Notes under the pieces: generated by a model | Database searches by the model: none | The model's input: the letters and a program-made list of their open reading frames with translations, nothing else | What the model was told of the DNA's origin: nothing | Shown here: positions 1-8,820 of the stretch, piece by piece | How positions within the stretch are numbered: the stretch's first letter is position 1 | Layout: each line of letters starts with the position of its first letter | Made by a program: the position numbers and the translations under genes | IMG/VR virus record: IMGVR_UViG_3300037010_002253 | Location: 17,363 to 81,362 of that record | Source of the DNA: a virus | Length of the DNA: 64,000 nt | Direction: 5' to 3' (one strand)

Positions 1-129
1 AAACCGACGCCCTTGAGCACACGCCGAAGCGTTTACCAGTTCTTGCTTCGCCTCCACCGATCCGCCCGCCAAGGTGAGCCGGCCGCGTGATTGGTAGGGG
101 CTACGCCATAAGAATCACCTCGCTTTCTT

Positions 130-204
130 TGGGCGAGGGGGGTGGACTTGAACCACCATCCCGGGCGATTCCCTCCCGGTGTCCTGACTTGGACGACCCG
201 TCGC
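130..204 (-). tRNA. tRNA-like element with non-canonical 9-nt anticodon loop (pseudo-tRNA)
   Basis: Minus strand folds as cloverleaf: acceptor (G)CGACGGG/CCCCTCG(C) with one mismatch, D-stem GTCC/GGAC, anticodon stem CCGGG/CCCGG, T-arm GGTGG-TTCAAGT-CCACC, encoded 3' CCA. Confidence 0.6.
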
Positions 205-248
205 AGATGGGGAACGGGACCAGCCCGTTCCCCGAGTCGCCGATGCGA

Positions 249-1316
249 CTACGACTTCTTGACGACGCGCTTCTTCGGCTCCGCCGACTTCACGCGCATC
301 TCGCTCCACTCGGCCTCACACTCCTCGCCGTCGTCGAGCGTTACGTCGCACTTGCCCTCGACGTCGTCGATGGTCTGGATCGCGCCGGGCTGCCATCCGC
401 CATCCTCGCCGAAGTTGACCTCGACCTTTGCGCCGAGGCGGAACCCCTCAGGGACCTCGAGCGTCTTCTTCTGGGGGATCTGGCCCGTCTTCTTCGACTT
501 CGGGTCCTCGGTCGTGACGACCTCGGCGTTCTTGTTGAGGAAGTCGCGGATGGCGTCGCGCATGATGCGGGCCGACTTGACGATCTTGATCTCGCCCTTG
601 CCGCTCTCGTTGATCGCCGTCGCGATCTCGGTGAGCCGCTCCACGGTTGCGCTCTCCAGCTCCTCCGAAGAGATGTCGAGGGTCTCCTCGTCCTCCTCCT
701 CCTCCTCGTCGTCCTCGTCCTCTTCCTCGTCCTCCTCCTCCTCGTCCTTGGACTTGGCAGCCTTCTTCGCAGGAGGCGCCTCATCGGTCTCCTCCGCGCC
801 GTCCGCGTCCGTGAGGTCGAGGAGCGGCTTGATCTCCTCCGGGACCTCCATCCCGATCTCGGAGGCCAGCGACGCCGCGAACTTCGCGAGGATGATGATG
901 AAGGTGTCGTGTGCCTCGACCGTGTCGTTCAGCTCGACGATCTTCTCGTTCGCCGCCGCGAGGGCAGCGACGATCTCAGAGGATACCGCGGAGGACTCTT
1001 CGTCGTCGCGCGGCTTCGCGGCGCTCCTCGCTACGCGCTTCTCCTTCGCGGGGGGCGCCTCCTCCTCCGCGGCCTCCTCCTCCTCCTCCTCGCGCGGCTT
1101 CGCTGGGGCCGACGCGACGCCCGTCTCGCTCCGCCGCACACCGGCCTTCTTCCCCGCGTTCGGGTCCGCCGGGGTGCCCTTGCCCGCCTTGACCTTCTGC
1201 GCCCTCTCGATCTCGCGCACGAGGTTGTTGAGGTCCAGGCCGCTCGGGTTGATGCCGAGCGACTTCGCGAAAACACGGAGATCCTTGAAGCCCATCTTGG
1301 AGAGGTCGGTTGCCAT
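249..1316 (-). CDS. Acidic multidomain protein: Rho-N/SAP-like N-terminus, D/E tracts, C-terminal Tudor-like domain
   Basis: LSKMGFKDLRVFAKSLGI helix-extension-helix pattern; poly-D/E; GAKVEVNFGEDGGWQPGAI...VTLDDGEECE Tudor-like pattern. Confidence 0.6.
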   Translation of the reverse strand: MATDLSKMGFKDLRVFAKSLGINPSGLDLNNLVREIERAQKVKAGKGTPADPNAGKKAGVRRSETGVASAPAKPREEEEEEAAEEEAPPAKEKRVARSAAKPRDDEESSAVSSEIVAALAAANEKIVELNDTVEAHDTFIIILAKFAASLASEIGMEVPEEIKPLLDLTDADGAEETDEAPPAKKAAKSKDEEEEDEEEDEDDEEEEEDEETLDISSEELESATVERLTEIATAINESGKGEIKIVKSARIMRDAIRDFLNKNAEVVTTEDPKSKKTGQIPQKKTLEVPEGFRLGAKVEVNFGEDGGWQPGAIQTIDDVEGKCDVTLDDGEECEAEWSEMRVKSAEPKKRVVKKS

Positions 1317-1417
1317 GACGATTCAGTTCCCTTTCATTTCCGTTTCGTGACTCCCCGAAACTACCGCGCCCCGGAGAAGAAGTAAAGAGATTTCTTTCCG
1401 CTATTCCGCCGGCCACC

Positions 1418-1768
1418 CTACGCGATAGTGAGCCGGAACTTCTTGAAGCCGCGGACCGTGTCCGCCTTGAGGGTGTGGGTCTGCTCCTCGCGGAAGCCCT
1501 CGTTGAGGGGGCAGCTCGCGCAGGACTCGAAAGAGAGCTCGCTCTCTTTGACGTGACACCATCCGCCGGGGTTGCTCTCAGTCGGAGGAGAGAACCTCTC
1601 CGCGCCTACGGGCTCGAGGCGGAGCCGCTCCCGCTCCTCAGGAGAAAGTCCCGTCACGCAGAAGACGATCCGGCGCGAGTACATCTGGACCCCCTGCTGG
1701 TTCGTCACCAGCCGTACGACCCGGTCTCGCGCCGTCGCCCAGCGCTGGCCCCGTGACCCTGTGGTCAC
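1418..1768 (-). CDS. Hypothetical protein with Cys cluster (CxxC)
   Basis: ORF overlaps upstream stop (ATGA); WCH...CASCP. Confidence 0.55.
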   Translation of the reverse strand: MTTGSRGQRWATARDRVVRLVTNQQGVQMYSRRIVFCVTGLSPEERERLRLEPVGAERFSPPTESNPGGWCHVKESELSFESCASCPLNEGFREEQTHTLKADTVRGFKKFRLTIA

Positions 1769-2250
1769 GCCGCCTTCGTCGAAGCCTTCTCCGCCGGCTT
1801 CGCCGCCTTCTTGTCACCGTTCCCCCTCCGACCGACCGGCTTGACGCGCCAGTACATGAGCTCGCCCCGCGTCATCACGGTCATCGGGCCGAGCTTCGGG
1901 TGAACGAAGGTCGTGGCGCCACCGAGGGACTCGAGCAGGTCGCTGAGGAACGCCTGGTTCTCCTCCTCCATCAGCTTGATCCCAGCGAAGTTCTTGTCGA
2001 GCTTCTCGATGAGCCTCGCCTGGGCCGAGGTGGGGTCCGTGACGACGCGCGGGCGCGCCTCGCCCTTCGGTGCGCGCGCCTTCTTCTCCTTCGGGGGCGC
2101 CGCCTTGGCCGCCGCGGCCGGCTTCTTGGTGGTCGAAGTGATGGGGACCTTCTTCTTGATGACGGGCATTTTCTTCCCAGTCTTGGGGGCGGCCTTCTTG
2201 GTCGACTTCACCGAGAGCTTGCCCACCTTCTTTTTGGTATTGATCTTCAT
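1765..2250 (-). CDS. Lys/Ala/Pro-rich histone H1-like basic protein
   Basis: N-terminal KKAAPK/KKPAAAAKAAP repeats followed by a globular segment. Confidence 0.6.
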   Translation of the reverse strand: MKINTKKKVGKLSVKSTKKAAPKTGKKMPVIKKKVPITSTTKKPAAAAKAAPPKEKKARAPKGEARPRVVTDPTSAQARLIEKLDKNFAGIKLMEEENQAFLSDLLESLGGATTFVHPKLGPMTVMTRGELMYWRVKPVGRRGNGDKKAAKPAEKASTKAA

Positions 2251-2265
2251 GCGAGCCTTCTTCTT

Positions 2266-2787
2266 TCAGTCCTCGAGTTCGAGAAGATGGCGGTCGAGGT
2301 CGAGGCCCTCAACCACCGCCGTGAGACACGCGACGACCTGTGCCCTCACTCCGGGATGCTCCGTCGCCTCCGGATTCGGACACGAGTAGCAGTTCCCCCG
2401 GCAGCCGAGGTTGTCGATCGACTGGTGGAGGGAACTGTAATGCGAGTCGATGACTTCCACAAGACGATCTTGCAAAACGAGGAGCTTTTTCTTCTCCTTC
2501 TCCTCCTCGTCACCACCGCCGGCAGCCACGGTAGGTGGAACGCTCCCCTTCCGCCCGAAAAGCTGGATGACCTGCGCCCCGCCCACCATGTCACTAGTCG
2601 TCGAGCTGGTCGTCGTCGTCTCGAACGACGAGATCGTAGGCCGGTTCCGGTTCACCACGTCCGCGAGAGCCTCGGCCAGCAGAAGAACGACCAGTTCGTC
2701 TGTCTTGACGTGCAGGCCGCGCGCTTCCGCGACCGCTACCGCCGCCGCCAGCACTGTCTCGCGCTCGTTCTGTGTCCAGTCGAACAT
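2266..2787 (-). CDS. Hypothetical protein, Cys motif CRGNCYSC
   Basis: ORF in gene-dense minus-strand run. Confidence 0.55.
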   Translation of the reverse strand: MFDWTQNERETVLAAAVAVAEARGLHVKTDELVVLLLAEALADVVNRNRPTISSFETTTTSSTTSDMVGGAQVIQLFGRKGSVPPTVAAGGGDEEEKEKKKLLVLQDRLVEVIDSHYSSLHQSIDNLGCRGNCYSCPNPEATEHPGVRAQVVACLTAVVEGLDLDRHLLELED

Positions 2788-3042
2788 TGTATAGCGTCCT
2801 CTTGATCTGGTTTGCTTGTCTGGTGGAAATCGAGAGCTTGTACTTGATCGCTCCTGGGATGTTGCACACCTTACACTCTCGGTATCGAGCGAGGGCGCAC
2901 ACCTCGCGGGACTTCTGGTGTTCGTACGCCCAGCACCACAAGTACAGGGGCAGGCGGAACTCCTTCGCCTTTACCTCTTCGACCATGTCGCCTCCGTCGT
3001 CCGTAAGTGACTCCAAGATATTACCCCGGGACGGACCGACAA

Positions 3043-3693
3043 TCAAGAGGTTTTCTTTACCCTCGCGAGGTGCTGGTTGAACTCAGACTTCACGTCGGGC
3101 CGTGTCGCGACGCCTCGGAGGGCGGCCGTGGAAGTGATGGAACCCGCTTTCTGCACGCCGCGCATGATCATGCAGTAGTGGGACGCCTCCATCACCACAA
3201 AGACCCCCGCCGGATCCACGAGGTCAACGAAGAAGTCAGCGACCTCTAGCGTCAGCCGCTCCTGAGTCTGGAGCTTGTGTGAGAAGAAGTCGACGATCCG
3301 CGGGATCTTCGACAGCCCGACGATCCGCTTCCTGGGGATGTACCCGACGTGTGCCACGCCGACGAAGGGGAGCATGTGGTGGGCGCAGAGAGACGCGAAG
3401 GGCACGTCCGCCACCATCACGATCTCGTTGTACCCGTCGGCGTCGAAGGTGGTCAGCTTCGCAAGGAACTCCGCTCGCTTATCGTCGCGGTACGACGAGA
3501 GCAGCTCGTCGTAGTACATACGAGCCACCCGCATCGGGGTGTTGGCGAGGTCGAGGTGAGCGGACTCTAGGATGGGAAGCCCATCGAGGACCTTCTCCAA
3601 CGACTCTGATAGCCGGTTCAGTGTCTCGTCGCGGTCGTCGGAACCTGCATCTCGCGTCGAAGGCTGCTTCGCGCGTCGCCGAGTAGCTCGCAT
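3043..3693 (-). CDS. folE: GTP cyclohydrolase I
   Basis: TPMRVARMY, SLCAHHMLPF, GLSKIPRIV, QERLT, HYCMIMRGV motifs; start approximate. Confidence 0.95.
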   Translation of the reverse strand: MRATRRRAKQPSTRDAGSDDRDETLNRLSESLEKVLDGLPILESAHLDLANTPMRVARMYYDELLSSYRDDKRAEFLAKLTTFDADGYNEIVMVADVPFASLCAHHMLPFVGVAHVGYIPRKRIVGLSKIPRIVDFFSHKLQTQERLTLEVADFFVDLVDPAGVFVVMEASHYCMIMRGVQKAGSITSTAALRGVATRPDVKSEFNQHLARVKKTS

Positions 3694-3848
3694 GTCGTCC
3701 CAGTCTCCTGGATACCCGCCGTGTGGATGTCGCACTCCGACCCATCGGCGTCGTCACGCTCGACGACGATGACGAGACGATGGCCCGTCAGGGTCTCAAC
3801 CCTTCCCGTCCGCTCGTCCGTCACCATCACCGAGAACATGGCGTTCAC
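3618..3848 (-). CDS. Small hypothetical protein
   Basis: GTG start overlaps queE stop; sits between queE and folE. Confidence 0.4.
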   Translation of the reverse strand: MNAMFSVMVTDERTGRVETLTGHRLVIVVERDDADGSECDIHTAGIQETGTTCELLGDARSSLRREMQVPTTATRH

Positions 3849-4546
3849 CTCAAGGAGTAAAGGAGCTTGTGTGCTTGGGGGAGTACACGCACATCTGGTG
3901 CACTTGTCAACCCAACCCGCCGCAGGCTGACGAAGTATTCGGTGACTTCTAGAAGAAACTCCCGCCCCTTGCTGTACTCGGGCTGCACGACGAAGTGAGG
4001 GGGGTTTCCTGCGCTACCCCACAAATCCTTCACGTCCTTGAACAGCTCGTTCGCATCGTGAACTTCCTCCCGAGTCGAGACGACGATCTTGATCTGCGTC
4101 TCCCGCTTCCGTCCGTGGTCCCGCTGGGTCACGAGAAAGCGGTACAGGTCCGCCACCATCCGCGGATGGTGCAGCTTCGGGGAGATGGAGAGGAGGTCCG
4201 CCGCGAAGCAAAGCTCCTGGTGGAAGAGGCTCCCCTGGGTTTCGACGGTGACGTGTCGCCCGGTGAGCCCGAGCCGGTACGCCAGCGTCGTGCACTCCTC
4301 GGCCTGTAGGAACGGGTTCCCTCCTGTGATGACGACGTGACGGATCCCGTAGGACTTCACGTCCTGCACGACTTCATCGACCGTCCTCTCGGCGCCGGCC
4401 TTCGCGTCCCACGACCCCTTGGTGTCGCACCAGGAGCAAGTGAACTCGCACCCTTGCAGGCGCACGAAGACGCTGGGCATCCCGACCAGGACGCCCTCGC
4501 CCTGGACCGTGGGCCAGCAGTACCCCTCGAAATCTACGACGCGCAT
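3845..4546 (-). CDS. queE: 7-carboxy-7-deazaguanine synthase (radical SAM)
   Basis: TVQGEG...FVRLQGCEFTCSWCDT (CxxxCxxC), VITGGNP, ETQG, SISPK, PQAHK; TGATG coupling to queD. Confidence 0.93.
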   Translation of the reverse strand: MRVVDFEGYCWPTVQGEGVLVGMPSVFVRLQGCEFTCSWCDTKGSWDAKAGAERTVDEVVQDVKSYGIRHVVITGGNPFLQAEECTTLAYRLGLTGRHVTVETQGSLFHQELCFAADLLSISPKLHHPRMVADLYRFLVTQRDHGRKRETQIKIVVSTREEVHDANELFKDVKDLWGSAGNPPHFVVQPEYSKGREFLLEVTEYFVSLRRVGLTSAPDVRVLPQAHKLLYSLR

Positions 4547-4947
4547 CAGGCCAGCTCCTTCGTGGGAAGGACGATCTGCGCCCACGAGGTCTCCGTCTCG
4601 AAGACGGTGACGGATTCAAGGCCCACCTCCGCGTCCGCATCCATCGCCAGGAGAAGGCCGCAGACCTTGTCCACGATCCACGCCGCGATGTTCTCGGCGC
4701 TGGGGTTCTTCGCCTTGAACTCCGGCAGGTCGTTCAGGGTCTTGTGGTCGAGGGCGTTCCGCACGGCCTTGAGCACGTTGAAATCGAGGAGGAACCCGGT
4801 CTCGTCGAGCTTCTCCCCGTACAGGACGATCTCCGCCTTGTAGCTGTGCCCATGTAGGTTTCCGCAGGGGTGGTCGTTGGGCAGGCCCTTGAGGACGTGG
4901 GCGGCTTCCCACCTGATCGTCTTCCCGATTCTGTAGAGAGCGTTCAC
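4546..4947 (-). CDS. queD: 6-carboxytetrahydropterin synthase
   Basis: EAAHVL, CGNLHGHSY, LDHKTLND, NPSAENIA, VFETETS motifs. Confidence 0.95.
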   Translation of the reverse strand: MNALYRIGKTIRWEAAHVLKGLPNDHPCGNLHGHSYKAEIVLYGEKLDETGFLLDFNVLKAVRNALDHKTLNDLPEFKAKNPSAENIAAWIVDKVCGLLLAMDADAEVGLESVTVFETETSWAQIVLPTKELA

Positions 4948-5537
4948 TTGTCTTGCTCCTGTTCCCCATCCGGGAACGGCAGCTTCTCGATGTTGACGAT
5001 CTCCCGCACCATGCGGTGAATCGTCCCGTGTTCATCCCAGAGCACGCCGAAAGAATAGAACCAGCGGTGCTCGGATTCCAGGATGATCTCATTCCCTTCC
5101 GCGTCCCGCTGCCCGCCTTCGATGACGCGCACCTTCCAGCAGGCGGACTCCTTGTCCTTCGTGACCTCTTCGACGAGGAAAACGTGTTCATCCCCACCGC
5201 CATCCGAACCACCGCCGACGCGAACCCAATCACCAGGCTCCGGGAAGTCGTACCGCTCTCGAACCGCGTTGCTCGCTCGCGCGATGGTGGACAGGTTCGC
5301 CATCGCGAACCCCATGGTGTAGTAGCGGAGGACAGGGGACTGGAGTCCCATGAGCCGCAGGAACCCCGCGATGACGAGGGCGCAGCCGGAGGTCTTCTTG
5401 CCGGCGTAGTAGTCACGCATCCTCGGAGGGTCTTCCGGGGCCATCAGGAGGTCGACGTACCTCTCGCGTTGCTCCGTGACCCCGCAACCGATGAACAGCC
5501 GTGCTACCTCGACGATTCTTTCCCTGATGGTCGGCAT
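4944..5537 (-). CDS. Putative CHAP/NlpC-P60-like cysteine amidase (endolysin candidate)
   Basis: SGCALVI (Cys), PEPGDWV, EHVFLVE (His), VIEGG arrangement typical of CHAP. Confidence 0.5.
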   Translation of the reverse strand: MPTIRERIVEVARLFIGCGVTEQRERYVDLLMAPEDPPRMRDYYAGKKTSGCALVIAGFLRLMGLQSPVLRYYTMGFAMANLSTIARASNAVRERYDFPEPGDWVRVGGGSDGGGDEHVFLVEEVTKDKESACWKVRVIEGGQRDAEGNEIILESEHRWFYSFGVLWDEHGTIHRMVREIVNIEKLPFPDGEQEQDK

Positions 5538-5588
5538 CTCGCTACCCTTTCCTCACCCCGGCACTCCGGTGGAACAGGAGACACTCTA

Positions 5589-6281
5589 ATGCAAATCGCC
5601 TTGCTCAGCACCTCGAAGAAGGTACCGCTCGCGCTTCTCAGCAAGATCGCTTACGCGACCACCAAGCAGCTCAAGGAGTTCTGCGCGGATTGGGATCTCG
5701 CCGCGTCGTCCGTCATCCCCTGGGATGCGTCCGACCGCGCCTCCGCGCCGCCCACCCGCATCTGGATCGTCGACAGCGCGGCGGACCTACAGAACGCCCT
5801 CGGCGCCCACTGGATCGACCCCGACACGGGTCTCCCGACCGGCAAGGTCCTGGTGGACGTCATCCTCGCAAACGGGGGCACCCTCACCGATGGGCCCGTC
5901 TCCGTCTCCGCGATCGCGTCCCACGAGATCCTCGAGCTACGCGCCGACCCTTCCGCGAATATCAACGTCGCGATGCCCGACGGGAGAATGGTCGCCTACG
6001 AGTCGGCCGACCCTGTCGAAGACGGGGGGTACCCAGTCATCCTGCACGACCGCTCGCTCGTCTGGGTCTCGAACTACGTGCTCCCCGACTGGTTCAACGT
6101 GGGAAGCAAGACTCGTCGCTTCGACAAGATGGGGCTGCTCAAGGCGCCGTTCACAATGACCGACGGCGGCTACATGATCATCGACAACCAACCCGTCTTC
6201 GGCTTCGGGGTCCCAGAATGGAAGAAGGAGGCGAAGCTCACCCCCTTCTCCCGTACCGGACGCCGTCTCGTGACGGCCTAG
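5589..6281 (+). CDS. Putative zincin-like metallopeptidase (HExxE type); the only confident plus-strand gene
   Basis: AGGAG RBS upstream; ALGAHW, SHEILELRADP, YESADPVE, VSNYVLPDWF motifs. Confidence 0.65.
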   Translation: MQIALLSTSKKVPLALLSKIAYATTKQLKEFCADWDLAASSVIPWDASDRASAPPTRIWIVDSAADLQNALGAHWIDPDTGLPTGKVLVDVILANGGTLTDGPVSVSAIASHEILELRADPSANINVAMPDGRMVAYESADPVEDGGYPVILHDRSLVWVSNYVLPDWFNVGSKTRRFDKMGLLKAPFTMTDGGYMIIDNQPVFGFGVPEWKKEAKLTPFSRTGRRLVTA

Positions 6282-6517
6282 AAGAGCGACTCGTTCGCAA
6301 CCTTGTAGGCGAACTGGGCGACCTGCCCAAGGCGATGCTGGATGATCGTCAACTCCTCCTGGGCGTCATGCAGGTCCTCGGACAGCTCCAGGTACGCCGC
6401 CTGGAGCTGTTTGAGGTCCAGGCCGGCGATCTCCGCCGCGGCCTTCGCCTTGTTGAACTTGTTGAACTTGATCTCGGGGGCCGTGAAGAACGCCTTCTTG
6501 CTTGCCACGTGAATCAC
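6278..6517 (-). CDS. Small coiled-coil hypothetical protein
   Basis: ORF; GTGA overlap with upstream micro-ORF. Confidence 0.55.
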   Translation of the reverse strand: MIHVASKKAFFTAPEIKFNKFNKAKAAAEIAGLDLKQLQAAYLELSEDLHDAQEELTIIQHRLGQVAQFAYKVANESLF

Positions 6518-6606
6518 TTGCCTTTCTTTGTCTTCTTCTTCTTCTTCGCTTCGGGCTTGTCACAGCCCTTCTTCCCGCAGTTCGTCTTACCCTTGCAGCA
6601 ACACAT
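6514..6606 (-). CDS. 30-aa Cys/Lys-rich micropeptide (MCCCKGKTNCGKKGCDKPEAKKKKKTKKGK)
   Basis: GGAG RBS, ATG at 6606, stop overlaps next start; fills the gap; below ORF-track cutoff. Confidence 0.55.
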   Translation of the reverse strand: MCCCKGKTNCGKKGCDKPEAKKKKKTKKGK

Positions 6607-6618
6607 CGCGTTCTCCAC

Positions 6619-7059
6619 CTAGCCGGCGCTCATCGCGATCGAGAGGCATCCGAGGTGGTAGACCCCGGGGCTCACCTTCGCGCCATCCGCCACGGGAACC
6701 GCCGACCCGTCCACCGGCAGCCCGCAGATCACGCACGTCTGTGGGGGAGGGCCCTGCTCCTCCTCGGGGACGTCGAGGGTCGTGACGAGGGCGCTGTCCG
6801 CCGCGAGCTGCTCCTGGTTCCTCGCCGCATCGAGGAAAGCGATCTTGTTCTCCTCTCGTGTCAGATCGTTCGCGATGCTCTGGTAGACCGACGCGAGACC
6901 CGCATGACCGTGGGAAAGCATCTTGCTCAGCTTCGCCACGAGGGAGAGACGGTCCGTCACCGGACCACAGCAGCCCGGTTCCTTCTCATGAACGTGGAGG
7001 AGTGGGGGGGCCGGCTGGGTGTCCGGGGGATGGGGGATGGTGCCGTCGAACGTCTTCAT
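6619..7059 (-). CDS. Hypothetical protein with C-terminal CxxC...HxxC zinc finger
   Basis: CVICGLPV...YHLGC. Confidence 0.55.
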   Translation of the reverse strand: MKTFDGTIPHPPDTQPAPPLLHVHEKEPGCCGPVTDRLSLVAKLSKMLSHGHAGLASVYQSIANDLTREENKIAFLDAARNQEQLAADSALVTTLDVPEEEQGPPPQTCVICGLPVDGSAVPVADGAKVSPGVYHLGCLSIAMSAG

Positions 7060-7322
7060 CAGTTGCTCACCTCCGCGAGGACCGCGCTGGCCGCCCTCGC
7101 CTTCTTGTACGCCGTCTCCGCCGCGGCCTGCGCCGCTTCCTTGGTCGCCCCCTCCCCCTGCATCTGGATGACGCAGAGGTGGCTGCCGTTCTCACGCGTG
7201 GAGACGACGAGCCAACCGAACCCGCCATCGTCCGTCGCCTCGATGAAGCACTCGTCACTCGCTGGGATGCCTTCCATCTCGACGCGCGCGAACTTCTTTT
7301 CCTGCCACTCAGGCAAAGCCAT
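7059..7322 (-). CDS. Hypothetical protein
   Basis: RBS AGGAG; TGATG coupling to next gene. Confidence 0.6.
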   Translation of the reverse strand: MALPEWQEKKFARVEMEGIPASDECFIEATDDGGFGWLVVSTRENGSHLCVIQMQGEGATKEAAQAAAETAYKKARAASAVLAEVSN

Positions 7323-7331
7323 TCTCTTCTC

Positions 7332-7811
7332 CTAGGTGATGGTGCCGGTGATGGTGACCGGGGACGCGGGGGGATCGGTCGGATTCCCCGCCGCCGTGGA
7401 CTTCTGGAGACCCCCCAACGCCACCTGGACGGTCACCAGCGCGTTCGCGGTGAAGTAGTCGACCATCGCCGTCGCGAGGATGTTCGCCTCGTCGGCAGCC
7501 GCCTTGAGACGCGAGTAGTTCGACTTGTTGGCCGTCCACCTCCACCTGTCAGCGGTCTGACCCCCGAGAGGGTGAAGGTGCAGCGGGTCCACCGGGGGGT
7601 GCCCCTGATCGTCGTACTCCGCCCAGTCGGGGGGCACCGTGAGGGGGTCCTTGAGAGGCGGGTCCATCGCCGCCTTCTTCGCGGTGTAGAGGGCCTGCGC
7701 GAGACCACCGCCGAGGACCTCCGCGTAGCTGGCGATGACGGGGACCGGGGGCGTGGAGTCGTCGTCCTCCATCGCCTTCGTGACCGTGACGCTGCCGGCG
7801 AGGAGAGTCAC
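7332..7811 (-). CDS. Hypothetical (possibly virion) protein
   Basis: C-terminus AMVDYFTANALVTV...ITGTIT resembles small tail-associated proteins. Confidence 0.5.
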   Translation of the reverse strand: MTLLAGSVTVTKAMEDDDSTPPVPVIASYAEVLGGGLAQALYTAKKAAMDPPLKDPLTVPPDWAEYDDQGHPPVDPLHLHPLGGQTADRWRWTANKSNYSRLKAAADEANILATAMVDYFTANALVTVQVALGGLQKSTAAGNPTDPPASPVTITGTIT

Positions 7812-8488
7812 GAGGCTTCCTCCGCGCTCGAGCGCGTGTCGGTGACGGTGTACCCGTCCTTCTGCTCCACCTTCGCGCCCTCGGGGACGCCCGCCGACTG
7901 CACGGTGTTCCCCTCGCCGTACCCCTTCTCTAGGCAGACGATGGTCCCGTCCGGCCTCGTCCCGACCTCGCCCTTGAAGACCTGACGAAGCTGACGCCCT
8001 CCCTTCGTCACGAGCTTGTGTCCGTAGAGGGAGAACGGGATGAAGTCGAGCTGGCTCTGTGGGGTCCCCGACTGGACCGCCCTTTGCGCCGCCAGCATCA
8101 GCTCGGTCGCGACCTCGTCCTTCACGATCTCGAACTTGTAGCCGCCACCGCCAGGGGCAGCACGCTCCTCCGAGACAGCCAGCGCGAACTTCTGAGAGAG
8201 CTGGTCAACGCTCCGCATCCGCTGCCTCGCCTTCTGGGGGTCCATGTGGTCCGGGTCGAGACCGAAGAACGCCTTGTGGCTCGTCTCCTCACGCTGGCGC
8301 GCATACTCCGCGCGGTCGCGCACGGCGCGGTACCGCCCGGTCGCCATGCCATGCGCGTCCATCAGCGCGACGAACTCCTGGATCTCAGGGTCGGCGGGAA
8401 TGTACTCGCAGGTGCCATCGGGTCCCTCCACCTCCAGGTAGAACTTCCCCTCGGCTCCGCGAACGTAGTCCGGTTCCTGCTTCGACAT
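7808..8488 (-). CDS. Hypothetical protein
   Basis: Long ORF with typical codon usage. Confidence 0.6.
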   Translation of the reverse strand: MSKQEPDYVRGAEGKFYLEVEGPDGTCEYIPADPEIQEFVALMDAHGMATGRYRAVRDRAEYARQREETSHKAFFGLDPDHMDPQKARQRMRSVDQLSQKFALAVSEERAAPGGGGYKFEIVKDEVATELMLAAQRAVQSGTPQSQLDFIPFSLYGHKLVTKGGRQLRQVFKGEVGTRPDGTIVCLEKGYGEGNTVQSAGVPEGAKVEQKDGYTVTDTRSSAEEAS

Positions 8489-8819
8489 CTTTCACTCTCC
8501 TCAGTAGTTGCAACAGGTGTTTCCACGATATTACCGCGAACGGCCGCTTCCGGTCGTCGCGGATGACAGCAAAGGGAATCGTTCCCTTCTTCGCATCCCC
8601 CTCCGCTTGGAGGAGTGCAGCCCGGGGGTTGGGCTGCTTCCCGTGTTTCACCTCGACGTGGTACCCGACGAGGCCAACGACGTCAGGTTCGTCATCGCCA
8701 CGCCGGGTCTGCCACCCGCGCCGAATGTCATCGGCCAGCTCGGGGAAGACCTCGCGGATCTCGGTCGCCGTGGCCCGCTCGCCCCTTTTGCCTTTGTTTC
8801 TACTCAGCCGGCCGCCCAC
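8385..8819 (-). CDS. Holliday junction resolvase (Hjc-like PD-(D/E)xK)
   Basis: SRNKGKRGER, EPDVV, VEVKHG motifs. Confidence 0.75.
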   Translation of the reverse strand: MGGRLSRNKGKRGERATATEIREVFPELADDIRRGWQTRRGDDEPDVVGLVGYHVEVKHGKQPNPRAALLQAEGDAKKGTIPFAVIRDDRKRPFAVISWKHLLQLLRRVKDVEAGTGLRSRSRGEVLPGGGGTRWHLRVHSRRP

Positions 8820-8820
8820 G

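Noticed and set aside
1-60. Second tRNA 5' end (GAACTGGTAAACGC resembles a D-loop)
   Set aside because: Truncated by the window edge with no T-arm visible; equally readable as a GTG-initiated ORF start
684-750. (TCC/TCG)n trinucleotide repeats
   Set aside because: They encode poly-Glu/Asp tracts of the 249-1316 protein
2594-3046. 150-aa ORF with Cys residues between folE and 2266-2787
   Set aside because: The N-terminal part is plausibly coding but overlaps the next gene by about 190 nt; boundaries could not be supported
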